DNA from: Chloroflexota bacterium
GTDB taxonomy: Bacteria > Chloroflexota > Limnocylindria > Limnocylindrales > CSP1-4
Direction: 5' to 3'
Length of the DNA stretch: 64,000 bases
NCBI GenBank assembly: GCA_016781485.1
Contig: JADDQH010000003.1
Coordinates: 5,384 to 69,383 of the forward strand
Shown: one piece after another, positions 59,443-64,000 of the stretch
Layout: each line of letters begins with the position of its first letter
How positions within the stretch are numbered: the stretch's first letter is position 1
Made by a program: the position numbers and the translations under genes
The notes under the pieces: generated by a model
Databases searched by the model: none
Seen by the model: only the letters and a program-made list of their open reading frames with translations
Told to the model about the DNA's origin: nothing

Positions 59443-60176
59443 TGCGACGAACCGGGATCGACCGAAGCGATGAGCCGATATCCGATCGCGGGGATGGTCT
59501 CGATGAGCCAGGGCGCGTCGCTGTCGTCGCGCAGCTTCCGCCGCAGGTTCGCGACATGCGCGTCAACGAGCCGGTCGTAGACGTCATCGGGACGGCGCGC
59601 GATCGACTCGAGCAGCTGCGGACGCGTGAACGGAGCGCCCGGCCGGCGGGCGAGCGTCTGCAGAAGGCGAAACTCGCCCGGCGTCAGCCGCCCCGCGCCC
59701 TCGCCCGACAGCGAATACCTCCTCGTCAGCGGGTCGACGACGAGCCGGCCGCCAGAAAGGGACAGCACCGAGTCCTCGACGATCTTCGAGTGTCCGGCCC
59801 GGCGAAGGATCGCCTCGACACGGGCGAGCAGCTCGTGGGGGTTGAAGGGCTTGCCGAGGTAGTCATCTGCGCCCAGCCGCAGCCCCGCGATCCTCTCGGC
59901 GTCGCTCCGCTTCGCCGAAGCGACGAGGATGGGCACTGACGAGACGGCGCGCAGAGCCGTCATGACCGCCTCACCCTGGAGACCAGGGAGCATCAGGTCC
60001 AGGACGACGAGGTCCGGTTGCGCAGCCTCGAACGACGCAAGCGCGGCCCGTCCGTCACCCGCCTCGATCACCTCGTACCACTCGCGCTCGAGGTAGAGAC
60101 GCAGCAGCGACCGAAGTTGCGGCTCGTCCTCGACGATGAGGATCCGTGCGCGCCCCGGTGACGCCGTCGATGCCAT
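59439..60176 (-). CDS. OmpR-family response regulator
   Basis: REC domain (ILIVEDE...D...LMLP...K) plus winged-helix trans_reg_C (RRPDDVYD...VANLRRKL...IETIPAIGYRL). Confidence 0.85.
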   Translation of the reverse strand: MASTASPGRARILIVEDEPQLRSLLRLYLEREWYEVIEAGDGRAALASFEAAQPDLVVLDLMLPGLQGEAVMTALRAVSSVPILVASAKRSDAERIAGLRLGADDYLGKPFNPHELLARVEAILRRAGHSKIVEDSVLSLSGGRLVVDPLTRRYSLSGEGAGRLTPGEFRLLQTLARRPGAPFTRPQLLESIARRPDDVYDRLVDAHVANLRRKLRDDSDAPWLIETIPAIGYRLIASVDPGSSQ

Positions 60177-60367
60177 CTGGGCGCATCGTAGCCAGCGAAC
60201 GATGAAGACCCTGTGAAGGACCTGTCACCCTTCTTGATGCCGTCTTCATGGACGCTGCCGATGATCGTGGCTGCATCGACGCGCGCTCCGAGCGGATGAT
60301 GGGAGTCGGAGTGTCGTCCCACGAGAGGGCGAAGAGCCCGGAGACAGAAGCCGAGGGTGGTGACGAG

Positions 60368-61126
60368 ATGAGGAACACGAGAGTCGCGATCGGGATCGGC
60401 GCGCTCGTCCTTGCCGGGATGCTGGGCGGAACGCTCGTCGGCAGCGCACTGGGGACGACAGGCACGGGGGCGGCGTCGCCGGCTGACCCCGCCGCGGTCC
60501 CTCGCAGCGAGTATTGCGATCTGTTCCTCGACCGGTTCTCCCAGGAGCTGGGCGTCGAGCGATCGGCAGTACTTGCGGCGGCCAAGACCGCAGCCGGGGC
60601 CGCGGTGGACGCTGCGGTTGCTCGTGGAGACCTGACCAACGAGCACGGGGATCGGATCAAGGAGCGCATCGCGTCCGCCGACCGACTTCCCTGCCCGAGC
60701 GCGAGCCATCGGTTCGGGCACGGGCGTGGGTTCGGGCACGGGCGCCATCACGCCGGCGGCTTCGACTCGATCCCCGGGAAGGGACTCCTTCACGGGCTCG
60801 GCGGTGCCGCAGCAACAGCGCTCGGGGTGGATCGCGAAGGCCTCGTGGACCGGATGCTGAGGGGCGAGTCATTGCGCGAGATCGCGTCCGCGCAGAAGGT
60901 CGACTACGAGAGCGTCCGCACGGCCGTCCTGGATCGCGCTCGGGAACGACTCGGCCGTGCCGTCGAAAAGGGACGCCTGCATCAGGAGGGAGCGGACCGG
61001 CTGATCGCAGGCATCGACCAGTGGCTGGCGGACGGAGGCGATCTTCCCCTCGACCTGGAGGTCGAGGGCGAGCGCCGTTCGAACGCTTCCACCTCCGCCC
61101 CAGGTGTGGCCGCGCCGACGCCCTAG
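60368..61126 (+). CDS. Membrane-anchored/secreted hypothetical protein with a His-rich motif
   Basis: N-terminal TM/signal segment VAIGIGALVLAGMLGG; HRFGHGRGFGHGRHHAGG His-rich stretch; divergent from the two-component system. Confidence 0.5.
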   Translation: MRNTRVAIGIGALVLAGMLGGTLVGSALGTTGTGAASPADPAAVPRSEYCDLFLDRFSQELGVERSAVLAAAKTAAGAAVDAAVARGDLTNEHGDRIKERIASADRLPCPSASHRFGHGRGFGHGRHHAGGFDSIPGKGLLHGLGGAAATALGVDREGLVDRMLRGESLREIASAQKVDYESVRTAVLDRARERLGRAVEKGRLHQEGADRLIAGIDQWLADGGDLPLDLEVEGERRSNASTSAPGVAAPTP

Positions 61127-61242
61127 AAGGTCCACCCGCTCGAGGGCCGATGCCACCACCGGAAGGAAACGCACACGCGGAAGGAAACGCAGAGGCGGCG
61201 CACCGGCGGACGACTCGTCCGATCCGGGGAGCTGGAAAGAAC

Positions 61243-61271
61243 GAGACCCCGGCCGATCCGGCCGGGGTCTC
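61243..61271. terminator. Bidirectional intrinsic terminator hairpin GAGACCCCGGCCG-ATC-CGGCCGGGGTCTC between convergent genes, 23 nt after the groEL stop
   Basis: Perfect 13-bp inverted repeat. Confidence 0.6.
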
Positions 61272-61293
61272 CTGTCTCGAAGAGGTTCTTCGA

Positions 61294-62946
<1,653 letters not shown>

Positions 62947-62947
62947 T

Positions 62948-62968
62948 CAGCGAGCCGGTCCTTGCTGG
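62948..62968 (-). other. Intercistronic hairpin (GCCGGTCC-TTGCT-GGACCGGC) between groES and groEL
   Basis: Perfect 8-bp inverted repeat in the 83-nt spacer. Confidence 0.3.
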
Positions 62969-63005
62969 ACCGGCCGTTCGTGCGGCCGGTGTGCCTCGGC
63001 CGTTG

Positions 63006-63329
63006 TCAGCTGTTGTCGCCCGTCTCGACGACCGCGAGGATGTCCTTCTGGCTGACGATCAGGTACTCCTCGCCGTCGACCTTGAACTCGGTGCCCGCGT
63101 ACTTCGCGTACAGGACCTTCTGGCCCTCCTGCACGTCCATCGGCTCCCGGGTCCCGTCGTCGAAGCGGCCCGGTCCTACGGCGATGATCTCGCCCTCCTG
63201 CGGCTTCTCCTTGGCGGTGTCAGGCAGGAAGATCCCGGTCTTCGTCATCTCCTCGCGGGGAGTCGGACGGATGACGACGCGGTCACCGAGCGGGCGGAGC
63301 TTGGTTGCAGACGCAGTGGCAGTCGCCAA
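63006..63329 (-). CDS. groES: Co-chaperonin GroES (Cpn10)
   Basis: TTG start 5 nt after GGAGGGA; [13 protein letters not shown]...GEIIAVGPG; the ORF-track ORF extends further upstream through an ATG with no RBS. Confidence 0.9.
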   Translation of the reverse strand: MATATASATKLRPLGDRVVIRPTPREEMTKTGIFLPDTAKEKPQEGEIIAVGPGRFDDGTREPMDVQEGQKVLYAKYAGTEFKVDGEEYLIVSQKDILAVVETGDNS

Positions 63330-63468
63330 CGCGATCCCTCCTAGTGTTGATCGGGCTTGTGCGGCCGTCGGGGCGGGGTGGACGGGAGCCGCGCCTGCAC
63401 GCGAATGGCGGTGGCGTACGGGGCTCGCCGTGCTCCGCCGGACCCCGATGAGGTCCGCGTTCATCGTA

Positions 63469-63495
63469 TTAGCACTCTCAGTCCGAGAGTGCTAA
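63469..63495. promoter_or_regulatory. CIRCE heat-shock operator (HrcA binding site) upstream of groES-groEL
   Basis: TTAGCACTC-TCAGTCCGA-GAGTGCTAA is a perfect match to the consensus TTAGCACTC-N9-GAGTGCTAA. Confidence 0.9.
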
Positions 63496-63560
63496 TAGGC
63501 TAAGTCATCGCGGTAGTGGTGTCAAGACACCCAGGGAGAGTCCGTCTCCTAAACTCGGCG

Positions 63561-64000
63561 CGTGTCCCTTCCCGGCAGGTTGGAGGTCCCATTCCGCGTC
63601 CGCTTCGACGAGGCGGGTGCGGACGGGCGACTCAGCAGCTCCGGCTTCCTTCGCTACGCGCAGGAGGTGGCACAGCGGCACGCGGAAGATGCGGGATTCG
63701 GCCGCGCGTGGACGGGGGAGCGACGTCTGGTGTGGCTGATCCGAGCCGTCGAGCTGGACATCCTCGCCCCGCTCGACCACGCCTCGGAGATCCGCGTCTC
63801 GACCGAGGTCATCGGCTTCCGCCGCGTCTGGGGACGCCGCCGAAGCGAGTTCCACCGGCTCGCGGACGAGCGCATCCTCGCCGTTGCGGTCATCGACTGG
63901 GTGCTCCTGGACGCGCAGGCGAACCGGCCGAAGCGCGTCCCGCAGGAGATCCACGAAGCATTCGCGAGACCGCTCCCGACCTTCACCCCGGCAAGGCTCG
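63561..64000 (+). CDS. Hotdog-fold acyl-CoA thioesterase (4HBT/YbgC-like), 3'-truncated by the window end
   Basis: GTG start; VPFRVRFDEAGADGRLSSSGFLRYAQEVAQRH...WLIRAVELDILAPLDHASEIRVSTEV pattern of 4HBT thioesterases; not in the ORF track because no stop lies within the window. Confidence 0.55.

Noticed and set aside
63505-63986. Minus-strand ORFs 63505..63954 and 63654..63986
   Set aside because: Antisense to a plus-strand GTG-initiated ORF with a clear 4HBT hotdog thioesterase pattern that runs off the window end

Overview
This 64 kb window is about 70% GC and looks actinobacterial. Evidence for that call: lipoprotein lipoboxes, gatC-gatA-gatB with an inserted aminotransferase, a CIRCE/groES-groEL arrangement, F420 genes and a BMP-family nucleoside ABC uptake system. 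It is mostly a chromosomal core: dnaE, rib genes with fbiC behind an FMN riboswitch, gatCAB, ligA, pcrA and groES-groEL with a perfect CIRCE operator. The remaining annotated genes are an arsR-arsM unit, a luciferase-like oxidoreductase, two MFS transporters, a TldD/PmbA pair, an HD-GYP response regulator, a two-component system, three secreted M14-type peptidases (two tandem paralogs plus a 1,421-aa protein with Calx-beta-like repeats), and a nucleoside hydrolase/ABC uptake operon with a cytochrome P450 inside it. The standout is a tightly coupled five-gene minus-strand operon at 10497-17720 encoding a complete C-P bond (phosphonate) pathway. It starts with a TagF-like CDP-alcohol phosphotransferase. 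Next is a PEP mutase with the EDKxxxxxNS motif fused to a C-terminal LicC-like nucleotidyltransferase. The third gene is an N-terminal LicC-like nucleotidyltransferase fused to a bicupin HTH protein of the HEPD/MPnS/HppE family. That cupin has an H-x3-Q ... H iron triad, Gln in place of the usual carboxylate, which is the pattern reported for methylphosphonate synthase. A fused alpha/beta phosphonopyruvate decarboxylase and a group-III Fe-alcohol dehydrogenase complete the set. The arrangement predicts a CMP-activated C1 or C2 phosphonate, possibly methylphosphonate, that is transferred onto a cell-surface polymer. I do not know of a described pathway with this domain architecture. No tRNA, rRNA, CRISPR or mobile elements were found. 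Many long Arg/Pro-rich ORFs in the track are antisense artefacts of the high GC content.
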